This document shows, in pieces, positions 46,475-55,477 of a stretch of DNA of 64,000 nt. The stretch lies in the IMG/VR virus record IMGVR_UViG_3300025674_000019, positions 69,290-133,289 of that record; one strand, written 5' to 3'. A program made the translations under genes and the position numbers. Numbering within the stretch: position 1 is the stretch's first letter; every line of letters starts with the position of its first letter. The notes beneath the pieces were generated by a model that saw only the letters and a list, made by a program, of their open reading frames with translations, was not told the origin of the DNA and did no database searches. This stretch comes from a virus.

Positions 46475-47158
46475 TTACTCCCTATCAAGAAGGCAATCTA
46501 CAAGAAGAAGCGCTGCCTCTTTCTGCAAAGGAGTTCCTTCTGACCTTTCGTATACGTCTAGGCAAGCCATGAGCGAAGCCATTTTAGGCATAGAAAAAGT
46601 AGTTCTGGGGGCGGATTGGCCGGATGTGCTACCGCCCTTACCCCCTAAGTAAGAGCCTAGACCACTGGCAGCCGCTAGCGCAGCTATAGCTGGGAGAGCA
46701 TAGTCTTTAAGGGTCCCGCTAGCCGTCTCTTTAGCCTTTCGAACGGAATCGTCTACTAGCTTGTCAGCTGCATAGTACCCCGCGGTAGCTAGGCCAGCCC
46801 CTGTTCCTAGACCATACCCTACGGATTTAGCTACACCTGTTACCTCAGGATTACTTTTTAAATAGTTAGAGACATTTCCAAGGTACTTCCTAAAAGCCTT
46901 CTTCTCTCGCCCGTACCCTGTATACTTCTCCATCTCCGAGTGCTTAACTTCTCTAGTAGAGGGGGATTCCGAAGCGTACTTCTTTTTTTTAGCTGCAAGA
47001 GCTATTTTTTCTACAAACTGCAGAGCTAGGGCATCCGCAGAGGAAGCCACTTTACTGCTAAGGAAGGGATTAGTCTCCCCTAAGCTATCCGCTAGCCCGT
47101 AGGCGGAAGCGCACTTGGTAAGGAGGCTAGAAGCCTCTGACAAAGAAGACCCTAGCAT
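46475..47158 (-). CDS. Head-module protein with hydrophobic segments (K-x-A motifs)
   Basis: KCAS, KVAS, KIA, KYAS, KMAS, KEAA; two Gly-rich TM-like helices. Confidence 0.6.
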   Translation of the reverse strand: MLGSSLSEASSLLTKCASAYGLADSLGETNPFLSSKVASSADALALQFVEKIALAAKKKKYASESPSTREVKHSEMEKYTGYGREKKAFRKYLGNVSNYLKSNPEVTGVAKSVGYGLGTGAGLATAGYYAADKLVDDSVRKAKETASGTLKDYALPAIAALAAASGLGSYLGGKGGSTSGQSAPRTTFSMPKMASLMACLDVYERSEGTPLQKEAALLLVDCLLDRE

Positions 47159-47379
47159 TAGAGCCTCCCAAGTTCTTGAATAGATGCGGAGATTAGCCCT
47201 GCTTCTTTCCTGCGAAGGTAGGACTTAGAAGCTATAAACCCTACAGCTCTGTGCAGCTCAAGATCTTCCCCTAGATCAGTGGATACTTTTGTTGCCCCAC
47301 TGCTCACCTGTGGAAAAAGCTCAGCTACTTTAGCCATACCTTCGTCAGACTGTAAGTAGTTCTCAATGAGACTGGACAT
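47158..47379 (-). CDS. Small head-module protein
   Basis: KVAE, KEAG; coupled. Confidence 0.55.
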   Translation of the reverse strand: MSSLIENYLQSDEGMAKVAELFPQVSSGATKVSTDLGEDLELHRAVGFIASKSYLRRKEAGLISASIQELGRL

Positions 47380-47380
47380 A

Positions 47381-48808
47381 TTAACCTCCGTAGGGGTTGA
47401 GCTTAGAGTTGTTCAAAGAGGTAAGCGCCTTCTCTGCTTTCGCCATAGCTTGAATACTGGTAGCATCCAGGGTGGGGATGCCTCCATCGCTGTTATAGAG
47501 CATCTGCCTAGTGTGAGAAGTCAAGAAAGGCACGTTAGTAGATAGCTCGGGAGCTATCTTACCTATAGTATTTACAGCCATAAGAAGATTATTCTTGCCG
47601 GATGCGAGCAAGTCAGGGTTTGACTTGAGCATCTGCGCCGTAGCTACTCCGCGCTGCTGCTTTAGAGAGTTCAGACGATCCTCCTTCTCTCTTGCAGCCA
47701 TTGAGTCTTCTATAGAGTCACCAATGAAGTCCATAATTCCGTCAACGGTTTTCTTACGAACCTCTTTAGCAGTCTCGTCTACCGCCTGAATACGGTCTCC
47801 AAGAGGAATAAACTTTCTTCCAAGCTGGTAGCTTAGGCCCCTAGCTGTATCTCCCATTAAGGAGTTTGCACCAAGTGCAAGTCCTAGGCTAGGAAGACCG
47901 ATAGCTGCAGTCTTTACAGAGCCAGTCTTTAGGTACTCTAGTACGGAGGAAGCCTCTACGTACTGAGAGAGTTTCTCTAGGTACTCCTGGACTTCTGCCA
48001 TCCCCTCAGAGTTCTTATTAGAAACATACCTATCTGAGGCAGTTTTAATCGTCTCGGAGCTTACATTAGAAGATAAACTAGGCATCCCAAGCTTAGATCT
48101 TACTGCTTGAAGAGCTACAATAGCAGGCTTTCCGAAGTTAGCTAGAGCCTCTTTCTCAAAGAGAGGATGCCGCTCCCTTGAGTACATTCCCTTAAAGGTA
48201 GAGGCCAGCTTTTGAGCTAAGTCATCGCATCGGTAGTTGGCAGCAGCCATTTTATCCAGTAAGAGCTCTTCAGTTTTCTGCCGGTCAAAAGGCGAAAGAG
48301 TCTCTGCGGTACTAAGAGTTGCTGAGGCTACTTTCTCCTCTGAGCTTCCATTTAGATCGCTAGAGCTTAGGATATCCCCAAGGTCTAGCTTATCCAGCTT
48401 GGTAGGGGTTATGTCCTCGTAGAATCGGCTATCTTCAGAGTCAAGACCAGGGTCTCTTTTAATAGATTTAGTAACCTGGGTACCTTCAGGGCCACTACTA
48501 ACAGTTACTGTTAGGCTCTTTGAAGAGCTAAAAGCGGGCTTGGGGTCCTCTCCTAGGTTTTTCTTGATGATCTCTTCTGGATCAGCAACTTCGAAGTCTA
48601 CGAACCTATCGTCACCAGATGTTCCTTTGAACTTCTGAAGGAACATATCGGTGTTGGCCATCTCAGTCAGGCGGCGTATCTGCTCTGGATTCATAGGATT
48701 ACCTTTAAGTACTCCTAGAACAGAGTCAACTAGCCTGTCACCTGTCTGCATAGACAGCATGACACTATGGTTAGCCAACTTTTCTAAATCATGCCTAGAG
48801 TACTTCAT
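47381..48808 (-). CDS. Head/inner-core protein (K-x-A motifs)
   Basis: MNPEQIRRLTEMAN...F.VAD; EKLA, EKVAS, KMAA, KLAS, KEA, KTAS, KTAA. Confidence 0.6.
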   Translation of the reverse strand: MKYSRHDLEKLANHSVMLSMQTGDRLVDSVLGVLKGNPMNPEQIRRLTEMANTDMFLQKFKGTSGDDRFVDFEVADPEEIIKKNLGEDPKPAFSSSKSLTVTVSSGPEGTQVTKSIKRDPGLDSEDSRFYEDITPTKLDKLDLGDILSSSDLNGSSEEKVASATLSTAETLSPFDRQKTEELLLDKMAAANYRCDDLAQKLASTFKGMYSRERHPLFEKEALANFGKPAIVALQAVRSKLGMPSLSSNVSSETIKTASDRYVSNKNSEGMAEVQEYLEKLSQYVEASSVLEYLKTGSVKTAAIGLPSLGLALGANSLMGDTARGLSYQLGRKFIPLGDRIQAVDETAKEVRKKTVDGIMDFIGDSIEDSMAAREKEDRLNSLKQQRGVATAQMLKSNPDLLASGKNNLLMAVNTIGKIAPELSTNVPFLTSHTRQMLYNSDGGIPTLDATSIQAMAKAEKALTSLNNSKLNPYGG

Positions 48809-49560
48809 CCTTTAACCTCGCCATCTAGTTCGTCAGCAGTTAGAGTCTCGTCGCTACCCTCAAGCTTAATTTTAAGCTCTGCAAGGGCGTTTTCCATGCC
48901 AGAAGAGTTTTCTATACTTCTAACCATTTCTACACTCTTTAACACTGCGGGAGCCCATGCTCGCGCTTCCTTAGCCTCTTGGCTAGACAGAGGGCTTAGC
49001 CGGTGCTCTCTACTTCTCCACATAGAATCTTGCAAAACTCCTTGTACGGCGTCTGTAGGGCTACCGGGCCCCCTATCCACTCCTATCTTCCACGCTATGT
49101 AGTCAGCTCCTAGGTAGTGCCCCCAAGAGAGCATTTGCTTCTCAAACTTGTCGGACTCTGTATCCTGGGGGAGGGACCTAATATACGCTATCTTAAGCAG
49201 AGTATTTCTAAAGACTTCTGTGTCGAAGAATAGCTCCTTATATGCGTATATAGCTTCCGTGCTCTCACCCGCTATGTCTGATATAGTAGAGATAGGGGCA
49301 TTGCTGAATAGGAGGCCTCTAAGTATAGCTCTACTAGCGGGAACCCTATCCATAAGTAGGGCGACCCTGTACTCCGAGTGCTTGGAGTCTTCAGGCTCCC
49401 TAAATACCTCTACTAGCGCTTCCTGCCCTAGGCTATACGCCTTAGGCAGGGCTTTTCTCTTGGAGTAGTTCTCAGCCGATAGAAAGTCTACTACCTCCAA
49501 GTACCTCCAAGAAGGAGACCTTACTTCAAAAGAAGGTATTGTCTTACGCTGAGAACCCAT
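48805..49560 (-). CDS. Conserved head-module hypothetical protein
   Basis: Likely ATG 49560 (MGSQRK..); RSPSWRY, I.AYKELFFD. Confidence 0.6.
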   Translation of the reverse strand: MGSQRKTIPSFEVRSPSWRYLEVVDFLSAENYSKRKALPKAYSLGQEALVEVFREPEDSKHSEYRVALLMDRVPASRAILRGLLFSNAPISTISDIAGESTEAIYAYKELFFDTEVFRNTLLKIAYIRSLPQDTESDKFEKQMLSWGHYLGADYIAWKIGVDRGPGSPTDAVQGVLQDSMWRSREHRLSPLSSQEAKEARAWAPAVLKSVEMVRSIENSSGMENALAELKIKLEGSDETLTADELDGEVKG

Positions 49561-51607
49561 ATAAGTCTGCCCCTTCCTCAGGGACATTCTTCGTCTGGTG
49601 TAGCCGAAGGATAATGTCCCCCAGGCCATGGAATACTTTCTTGAGAGAGTTCTCAAGCTTTGCGTACTCTTCCGGCCCTATCTGCTCAGATAAAGTATAG
49701 TCATTCATCTGCACAGTAAGCAGGATCCTCCCTAAGGAGTCAAGAGCCTCGCTGAGCTTAGGGATGTACTCAGAGGTTAGTTCTTTGAGCCCAGCTTGCT
49801 CTAGAAGAACTGAAGCTACTGTAGCATCTAGGACTTTTTGGTCATTAACCCGAGCGGCCTCCTCCATCATAACTTGCTGCTCCATTGGTATTCCCGGAGG
49901 AGTCATAGGAGGAGCCCCAGGAGGAGCCATAGGAGGAGCCATAGGAGGAGCCATAGGAGGAGCCATAGGAGCCATGCCGGGCGGCATTGGAGCCTCCATC
50001 CCTGCCTGGAAGTCTGGAGCAGGAGCACTGGGCTCTCCGCTGAAGATAGATCCCAGCTTTAAAAGATTGGTTCTAGGCACTAAATACGCGGTTGTGGTTG
50101 CGCTAGAAGTAAGGCCCCGTAAGAACTCCTGGGAGGACTTGACGCTAGCACCCATAGAGGCAAGCTTCTCCACAGCTTGGAACTCTTCTCCCACATTACG
50201 GCCATCAATAACATACTCTCCGGCAGATCCCCTACGGGCCCGCACAGAGGCTGAAGCGTTCTTATTTAGACCTTCAGTAACGAGCTTACGGATAGCGTCT
50301 GGGTCAGACATAAAGTCTGATTCACTAAGCTGGTTCCTTAGGTACAAGGGCTTGTAAGTGCTAGGAATGAATACAGTAGACTCTCCCTTAGGCCTATATG
50401 GCTTGAAAGAGGCTCCGTCTTTTGTAACCACTGCAGTTAAGCCGTGGTCCGCTAGCCTAGCAGTAATCCGCCCGGAGCTGCTGCTGCTAAGATTGTCCAG
50501 TTTTTCGGGAAGGGTACATCCTTGTACTTGACCATCAAGAACTTTAATAAAGGTAGCGGTGCCCGCCCTGTATACAGGATCAGCCTTCATTCTCTTAAAT
50601 AGGGCTGAGGACTCAGAAATGCCTTCAGCGGTGTCTAGCGCACTAACTTTGTCAGTAAGAAGGTAGTCCCCGTTCTCTAGTATACATAGGAACTTCCGGG
50701 TGGCCCTCTCTCCGCTTAGGTCTGCAGGCGCCCTAACTACGTAAGCCTTAAGAGTTTTACCGTCAGACTTTAGCAGTTTGTACACACCAGATGTTGTAGG
50801 CTCACTAGCCTTTATTGGCGTCTCCTGCGCAGTCACTACCTCAGCAGCATTCTTACGGAAGTCTGCTGCTACGTAGCCAGACTTAAGCGCCTCTTGGTAA
50901 GCAAGCTTATACCTATCCCCGAAAACCGATTTAAACTCTTCAGGAGAAGAGAAGCTGCTAAGAATTGAGTAGCTAGCGGATGCCGTCTTTTCGGATTCTT
51001 TAGCCTCGGAGAGGGAGTCGATAAAATCCCTGCCGTGGTATTTGACCCCGGACCTGAGAACTTCTTCGCTAGTCTTGAGGATCCCCTTAAAGTGAGACTT
51101 AACCTCATTAGGAAGCTTGGACATAAGTAAGGGCAAGTCATAGCTAGCAAACTTACCGGAGGTAGTAGGAGGGGAAGTTATACTGCCAACGTCAGGAGTT
51201 CCTAGGTCTTGCAGGCTAACTTCTTTCTGCGATTTTCCTAGGTCGCTACTAGAAGGAGAGCTAACAGTCTTCAAGTACTTCTGCGTCAGCGGGTAGAAAG
51301 AGCCGCCTGTGGGGTCAAAGAAAACCTCTGGGGACTTAATCTTACCGCCGGCAAGCATAATAGGAATATGAATCTCCACTTCACCTATTAGGCAAATAAA
51401 TATCCCTGAAGCTGTATTTTTCTCAAGGGAGCTCTCTAGAGTCTTAAAGTGAACTATAGAGTTAGCTAACTCCGGGCTCTTAGCCCCCAAAGTAGCGTGG
51501 GCTTTCTCACTAAAAAGCTGCTCAAACTGCTGCTTCTCTGGAGAGCTGTCTCCTTGGTTTACCATAAGGCTTCCAGTACGGGGAGAGATAGCTGCTAGTT
51601 TAATCAT
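49544..51607 (-). CDS. Large head/inner-core protein with PPMA repeats
   Basis: Likely start MIKLAA at 51607; KFAS, EKTAS, KNAA, KNAS, KLAS. Confidence 0.6.
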   Translation of the reverse strand: MIKLAAISPRTGSLMVNQGDSSPEKQQFEQLFSEKAHATLGAKSPELANSIVHFKTLESSLEKNTASGIFICLIGEVEIHIPIMLAGGKIKSPEVFFDPTGGSFYPLTQKYLKTVSSPSSSDLGKSQKEVSLQDLGTPDVGSITSPPTTSGKFASYDLPLLMSKLPNEVKSHFKGILKTSEEVLRSGVKYHGRDFIDSLSEAKESEKTASASYSILSSFSSPEEFKSVFGDRYKLAYQEALKSGYVAADFRKNAAEVVTAQETPIKASEPTTSGVYKLLKSDGKTLKAYVVRAPADLSGERATRKFLCILENGDYLLTDKVSALDTAEGISESSALFKRMKADPVYRAGTATFIKVLDGQVQGCTLPEKLDNLSSSSSGRITARLADHGLTAVVTKDGASFKPYRPKGESTVFIPSTYKPLYLRNQLSESDFMSDPDAIRKLVTEGLNKNASASVRARRGSAGEYVIDGRNVGEEFQAVEKLASMGASVKSSQEFLRGLTSSATTTAYLVPRTNLLKLGSIFSGEPSAPAPDFQAGMEAPMPPGMAPMAPPMAPPMAPPMAPPGAPPMTPPGIPMEQQVMMEEAARVNDQKVLDATVASVLLEQAGLKELTSEYIPKLSEALDSLGRILLTVQMNDYTLSEQIGPEEYAKLENSLKKVFHGLGDIILRLHQTKNVPEEGADLYGFSA

Positions 51608-52247
51608 TGGAACTACCTTTTTGTAAATGTGAGAATAAGCTAAATGTGCCCGCGCCACTAAGATCATGCAGTGAGTGGCTAGCTAGTCCTGGAGCAAGGT
51701 TCTTTAGAGTCCTCAGCTTTGACGTGCTATTAGCCAAAGCATTGCTAGTAGCAGCAACTTCTTCTACTAAGTTAGGCAGCGCTGCCAGGGCAGACGCTGC
51801 GGCTAGACCCCTTAATAGGCTTCTTTTGTTTGAGTCTTCTACTGCAGGAGAGTATGTGAGAGCCGCTGCGCCTGGGAGTGCGGCTGTACCTAGCAGCCTA
51901 GTGAGGGCTTTGGAGCCTTTAAGGATACTCTTATAGGTGTCTCCAGCGTCGTGGAGCCTTTGGGCGTGCCCCACCTCGTGAGCAAACACATCAGGATCTG
52001 AAGTACCCAGAGCTAAGCGCTTTTTATCTATATCGTAAAAGCTGCCACCGGAAGACTTGCCTACCTGCATATCTGCTAAAGAAGGCTCGTCTTCTATGAA
52101 CTTCTTAGAGTAAGAATATATTCTTACCATGTCTTCTGGAGAAGCATTTAGGGCCTTAGCCGCCCTTGTGAGTCCAGAAGCAGTAGTAAGGGCCCCTATA
52201 GTTAGCGGGGCTGCCTTACCTGCAGGCTTTTGAGATAATCCCCGCAT
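51600..52247 (-). CDS. Putative membrane-associated zinc metallopeptidase
   Basis: FAHEVGHA (HExxH), two TM-like helices, downstream EEVAAT third-ligand motif. Confidence 0.7.
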   Translation of the reverse strand: MRGLSQKPAGKAAPLTIGALTTASGLTRAAKALNASPEDMVRIYSYSKKFIEDEPSLADMQVGKSSGGSFYDIDKKRLALGTSDPDVFAHEVGHAQRLHDAGDTYKSILKGSKALTRLLGTAALPGAAALTYSPAVEDSNKRSLLRGLAAASALAALPNLVEEVAATSNALANSTSKLRTLKNLAPGLASHSLHDLSGAGTFSLFSHLQKGSSND

Positions 52248-52270
52248 AATGTAGGCCCTTACTTTCTATT

Positions 52271-52984
52271 TTACATAGGAGGAGGCATAGCCCCCGGTGG
52301 AGGGCCCATTGGAGGCCCCATCGGAGGGCCCATTGGAGGGCCCATCGGAGGAGGACCCATTGGAGGGCCCATCATAGCTGGGTCCATAGGAGGGGGGCCC
52401 ATTGGAGGTGCGCCCGCCCCTCCTTCTAGGAACTTCTGCTGAAGCTCAGTGAGTACCCCTAGGATCTTAGCTAGGCTAGAGATATCCTGGGAAGTGATCT
52501 GAGAGCCAACGAGCTGCACTTCCTCGGGAGTTGCAGCGTCCGCAATCTGAGCAGCCTGAGCCATCTTCTCAAAAGGCATCTGAACTAGCCTTCCCGAGTC
52601 GATAAAAGCTTGGTGCATGCCCATGATGTAGGCTTGCTTAACAGAACTTTGCTTCTCTAGAGCTTCTATAGCTTCTTCTGCTCGATCTATCTCATCTTGG
52701 TAGCTTCTGTACCCCCCATAACCACCACCCGCAAGGATTCCCAGTAGTGCCGGGGTCTTAGAAAACCTGCCTAGCGCAGCCGCGCCTAACGCAGCCCCGC
52801 CTATCCCCCCAACGGCACCATACCCTAATGGCTTAAGTACCCCTCTAAGAGTGCCTTCAGGTAGAGTCGTAACTTCATCGATCTCTTCCTCAGACATTCC
52901 TGCAGCTCTGAGTTTAGACTCTGCGTCCATAGCACCCATAGTGCCATAGTTTAGCCCTCCTCGGGCTTGCTTAATGAAGGACAT
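52271..52984 (-). CDS. Head-module glycine-zipper protein with PPMG tail
   Basis: MSFIKQA start; GAVGGIGGAALG; KQA, KMA; (PPMG)n. Confidence 0.6.
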   Translation of the reverse strand: MSFIKQARGGLNYGTMGAMDAESKLRAAGMSEEEIDEVTTLPEGTLRGVLKPLGYGAVGGIGGAALGAAALGRFSKTPALLGILAGGGYGGYRSYQDEIDRAEEAIEALEKQSSVKQAYIMGMHQAFIDSGRLVQMPFEKMAQAAQIADAATPEEVQLVGSQITSQDISSLAKILGVLTELQQKFLEGGAGAPPMGPPPMDPAMMGPPMGPPPMGPPMGPPMGPPMGPPPGAMPPPM

Positions 52985-52985
52985 A

Positions 52986-54128
52986 TTATGCCCCAATCCC
53001 TAGGCGGCGAAGAATGAGAGCTGCTTTCTTCTCCTCGTCCTCTGCTGCCTCCACCTTAGAGTGAGGGGCGTTCTTCTGAAGAGAGTTAACCTCTTGCTTT
53101 AGCTCTTTGAGCTGCTCATTCTGCTTCTTCTCGTGGACCTCAGTCTGAAGGAAGCTGTCAGACTTCCCCTCAGCAGCCTCTTTGATTCGGCCAATGTAAG
53201 CTGCTCGCTCTGGGCCGTTCATCCCGACCATAGTGCGGAGAGCTGCTAGCTTATCGCTAGGTGCAAGATAATCAGGAAGGAAGTGGCCTACCTCTGATGC
53301 AGTCTTTTGGACTAGGTAAGCAAGAACTTCCATGTCCGCACCCGAAGAGCTCTCTGCAACGGCGCTAAGAGGCATAACAGCAGTCATGCCTGCATCCCCG
53401 GTGCCGTCAACTTTCTTGACTGGGTTCTCTCGGACAGCGCCCATGTTTTCTTTCTCTTTATCTCCGGGATTAGCTGGCGCCGGGTTAGCGTCGTTCTCAG
53501 CAAGCTTACGAAGAAGATCGATAGCGCTCTGAACCTGGCTTACTTTCTCTCCTTTAGCTTTCTCAGCTTTTTGCCCGTGGTGCATAGACACCTCTGTGGT
53601 GTCAGCAGCTACAGCATCTAGCTTTTTGCTAGGGAGAGCAGCAGTGGCTGCGTAGCCTTCGCTCTGCCTAGGCCCAGCCTCAGTCTCTAGGTCTCCTGGG
53701 TTGCTAGGAGGAACATTTGCTACAGCAGAAGCACGCTTCAGCCACTCAACAGCCATAATAGCCTGAGCAACCTTCTCATCGTCGGAGCCTTCGTTGTTCT
53801 TAACAACAACCTGGGCTAGAGCGTCAGAAAGCTCTTCTGCTGCCTCGCCTGCCTCTTCGCTCTTAGATGCGTACTCCTGAAGCTCCTCAATAGCCTCCAT
53901 CGTAGAGTCGCTAGCGCGGTCATCCTCTACAATGTCAGTCATGATCTCAGAGACTTCATCCTCGGACATCTCCTCCACATCCTTGTCATCCGCCTTAAGC
54001 GCGTGCTTACGGAAGGCCAAGTTCGCTGCGATCTTCATCTGAAGCTCGGAGCTGTAGGGAGGCATGGCGCCACTGGATACCAGGCTTCGCTGTAGCCCGT
54101 GAATAAATGCAGTTTTTAGTAAGCTCAT
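52986..54128 (-). CDS. Acidic scaffold-like head protein
   Basis: KTA, KIAA, KHA, KVA, KRAS, KLA, KTAS, KEAA; internal repeat NPGD.E.E; G/C-ending codons. Confidence 0.6.
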   Translation of the reverse strand: MSLLKTAFIHGLQRSLVSSGAMPPYSSELQMKIAANLAFRKHALKADDKDVEEMSEDEVSEIMTDIVEDDRASDSTMEAIEELQEYASKSEEAGEAAEELSDALAQVVVKNNEGSDDEKVAQAIMAVEWLKRASAVANVPPSNPGDLETEAGPRQSEGYAATAALPSKKLDAVAADTTEVSMHHGQKAEKAKGEKVSQVQSAIDLLRKLAENDANPAPANPGDKEKENMGAVRENPVKKVDGTGDAGMTAVMPLSAVAESSSGADMEVLAYLVQKTASEVGHFLPDYLAPSDKLAALRTMVGMNGPERAAYIGRIKEAAEGKSDSFLQTEVHEKKQNEQLKELKQEVNSLQKNAPHSKVEAAEDEEKKAALILRRLGIGA

Positions 54129-54208
54129 ATTAAGTTCTCCGAGCTATGAAGGGAGGGTAAAGACTACTTACAATGTTGTGTAGTAGCACATTACTCTTCA
54201 AGATTAAA

Positions 54209-55477
54209 CTATCTTCGTGTGTACCGCTGGTACGGCCTTACGTACCTGCCATACTCATCGACGTACCTTCTCTGATTAGGGTACTGCTCATAGTAGTCGT
54301 AAGTGGAAGGAAGAGGCGGGCCCACAGGGGTCTCAGCCTTGGTTCCAACTAAATTACCTAAAGACTCACCCGCAGAAGCTAGGTAGTGCGAGGGATTTAT
54401 AGCTTCTGTTCCAGGAACTATGCCCCAGGAAAGCATTCCCATAGGCCAAGTAGCAAGAGTACCAATTCCTTCGCCAACAGCGTGACCTACGTTACCTAGG
54501 TAGGTTCTACCTGAGCCTGCTTCAGGGCCATAGGCCAGTGCGGACCCTACTGCCGCTATAGGCATACCGCCTATGAGGCCTACCTTACCGACTTGCTGTA
54601 AGCTCCTTCCAGCTAGGCCTAAGCCTTCACGGGCGGCATCAAGTTTTCGCCCATCTTGTAATGCCGACCGTAGTCCTTGGTATCTCATACTCACACGAGG
54701 GTCCACCGCTAAGGCTCCCCGTACAATGCCCCCCTTACCAAATACTCCTCCTTGTAGAGCTCTGGCCCCGAGGACAGGGGCGTGGCCCATGTACAAGCCC
54801 GCCCCAAGGCGACCGTAAAGAAGTCTCTCAGGTATTGATTGAAACTGCCCTTTTTGAGTCAGTACATCTGCTGCTCTTCTAGCGTAGTAGCCACTCTGCT
54901 GCCCTAACCTTTGGCCTAATGTGGTATTACCTCTAATAACTTCTTTTACTCTAGACTTGCCTATTTCTTTAGCAGACTTTGCAGCAGCTTCTGCTCTCTT
55001 AAGATCTGCTGCTAAAGCAGTAGTATCTTGGCCCGCCGCCTGAGCAGCTCTCAGTTCTGTTCTTAGCCGGCTAACATTAGCTTGCGCCTGCTCCAAAGCT
55101 TGAGTGCTAGCTTGCTCAGCTCTTTGAACTTGGCCAGCCACATCCTGCCCGTAACTTTTAATCCTAGACTGCTCTAAAGACCTGGCTTTTGCTTCTGCAG
55201 CTGCAGCCCCTCTTCTTTCAGATTCTAGAGCCTGTCTTGATTTTATGAATCCCTGCTCGCCCTCTCTTAGGCCAGCCGCCCTATTATACGCGCCTCTTTC
55301 TATTCCCGAGCCCCTATGGATGTTCTTTTCCATCCACTTCTCAAGCCTGGGACTAGCTTTTATAACGTCGTCACTGAGGCCTACAAAAGGAGCTTTTGCG
55401 TAGCTAAGAGCAGTTCTAATCGCAGAGGCGTCTTTCTCCATTCCTAAGGGAAGGGGAACTAAGTCCATGCTGTCCAT
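54209..55477 (-). CDS. Putative ejection/internal protein
   Basis: MEKDAS near the N-terminus; coiled coil then Gly-rich hydrophobic C-half. Confidence 0.55.
   Translation of the reverse strand: MDSMDLVPLPLGMEKDASAIRTALSYAKAPFVGLSDDVIKASPRLEKWMEKNIHRGSGIERGAYNRAAGLREGEQGFIKSRQALESERRGAAAAEAKARSLEQSRIKSYGQDVAGQVQRAEQASTQALEQAQANVSRLRTELRAAQAAGQDTTALAADLKRAEAAAKSAKEIGKSRVKEVIRGNTTLGQRLGQQSGYYARRAADVLTQKGQFQSIPERLLYGRLGAGLYMGHAPVLGARALQGGVFGKGGIVRGALAVDPRVSMRYQGLRSALQDGRKLDAAREGLGLAGRSLQQVGKVGLIGGMPIAAVGSALAYGPEAGSGRTYLGNVGHAVGEGIGTLATWPMGMLSWGIVPGTEAINPSHYLASAGESLGNLVGTKAETPVGPPLPSTYDYYEQYPNQRRYVDEYGRYVRPYQRYTRR

Noticed and set aside
47381-51607. Portal or terminase call for the large head-module genes
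   Set aside because: No Walker/nuclease motifs or recognisable portal pattern; these genes probably lie outside the window
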